Shown here: positions 36,359-36,845 of the stretch, one piece after another | Position numbering within the stretch: the first letter of the stretch is position 1 | Layout of the letters: every line of letters begins with the position of its first letter | Source of the DNA: a bacterium | Lineage (GTDB): Bacteria; Acidobacteriota; Blastocatellia; HR10 | Direction: 5' to 3' | NCBI GenBank assembly: GCA_041640655.1 | Contig: JBEPZV010000025.1 | Span: 1-36,845 of the forward strand | Length of the DNA: 36,845 bases | Notes under the pieces: generated by a model | What the model was told of the DNA's origin: nothing | Seen by the model: the letters and a program-made list of their open reading frames with translations, nothing else | The model's database searches: none | Position numbers and translations under genes: made by a program

Positions 36359-36845
36359 GAGCGATCATGCGGGGGAAACGGTACACCATCGGGTTGGACT
36401 TCGGGACGAATTCGGTGCGCGCTCTGGTCGTGGATGTCTCCAACGGACGGGAGGTCGGAACGGCCGTATGGAACTATGAGCATGGAGAGGCGGGCATACT
36501 CCTGTCGCGCGATCCGAATCTCGCGCGGCAGCATCCGGCGGATTACGTCAAGGGGACGGAGATGAGCATCAAGAAGGCCTTGGCTCAGGCCCGCCGAGCC
36601 GTGCGGGGCTTCCGTCCGGACCAGGTTATTGGCATCGGCGTCGCGACGACCGGAAGCACGCCGATTCCGGTTGATGAGAATGGTCGCCCTTTGGCCTTTC
36701 GCAAGGAATTCGCGCGGCATTTGGCGGCGATGGCCTGGCTGTGGAAGGATCACACGGCGGTCGCCGAGGCGGAGGAGATCACGGAGCTGGCGCGGCGGAT
36801 GCGCCCTCACTATCTGGCCAAATATGGCGGGGTTTATTCGAGCGA
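36355..36845 (+). CDS. araB: L-ribulokinase (FGGY family), 5' part only
   Basis: Absent from the ORF track (runs off the edge). ATGA overlap at 36355, with an in-frame ATG at 36367. Translation: YTIGLDFGTNSVRAL...ARQHPADY...GIGVATTGSTPIPVD...WLWKDHTA...YGGVYSS. Confidence 0.88.
   Translation, partial: MRAIMRGKRYTIGLDFGTNSVRALVVDVSNGREVGTAVWNYEHGEAGILLSRDPNLARQHPADYVKGTEMSIKKALAQARRAVRGFRPDQVIGIGVATTGSTPIPVDENGRPLAFRKEFARHLAAMAWLWKDHTAVAEAEEITELARRMRPHYLAKYGGVYSS

Noticed and set aside
1..36845. CRISPR arrays, tRNA/rRNA genes, IS elements, integrases
   Set aside because: I saw no repeat-spacer periodicity, RNA-gene signature or transposase/recombinase motif. The recurrent DGG.TW units at 12845-15634 are protein Asp-box repeats.

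Overview
High-GC bacterial window; the gene families (Oar-type TonB-dependent receptor, VPS10-like protein, secreted helical-repeat protein) suggest Acidobacteriota/Blastocatellia, which is inference only. From left to right it holds: a partial TonB-dependent receptor and four secreted peptidase/amidohydrolase genes (ATLF/PPEP-like Zn peptidase, amidohydrolase, Xaa-Pro aminopeptidase, DUF885); four secreted glycosidase-like genes (Tat TIM-barrel GH, BNR/VPS10 protein, DUF5695, Tat GH31); a ~4.3 kb insert; a complete hydroxyproline catabolic operon on the minus strand; and, divergent from it across a palindromic operator, an L-arabinose-type operon (GntR, isomerase, sodium:solute symporter, partial ribulokinase). 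Two systems stand out. (1) The backbone looks like a utilisation locus for arabinosylated hydroxyproline-rich glycoproteins, but I recognise no GH127/GH146/GH121 in the window. (2) The insert encodes a secreted 8-Cys micro-protein, a helical-repeat protein, a monothiol thioredoxin-like protein and a beta-propeller lipoprotein. It is bounded by a decayed 130-bp direct repeat of the host gene junction, and its promoter spacer is a (GACA)n repeat one unit short of the optimal 17 bp. All family calls come from motif recognition, not database searches.
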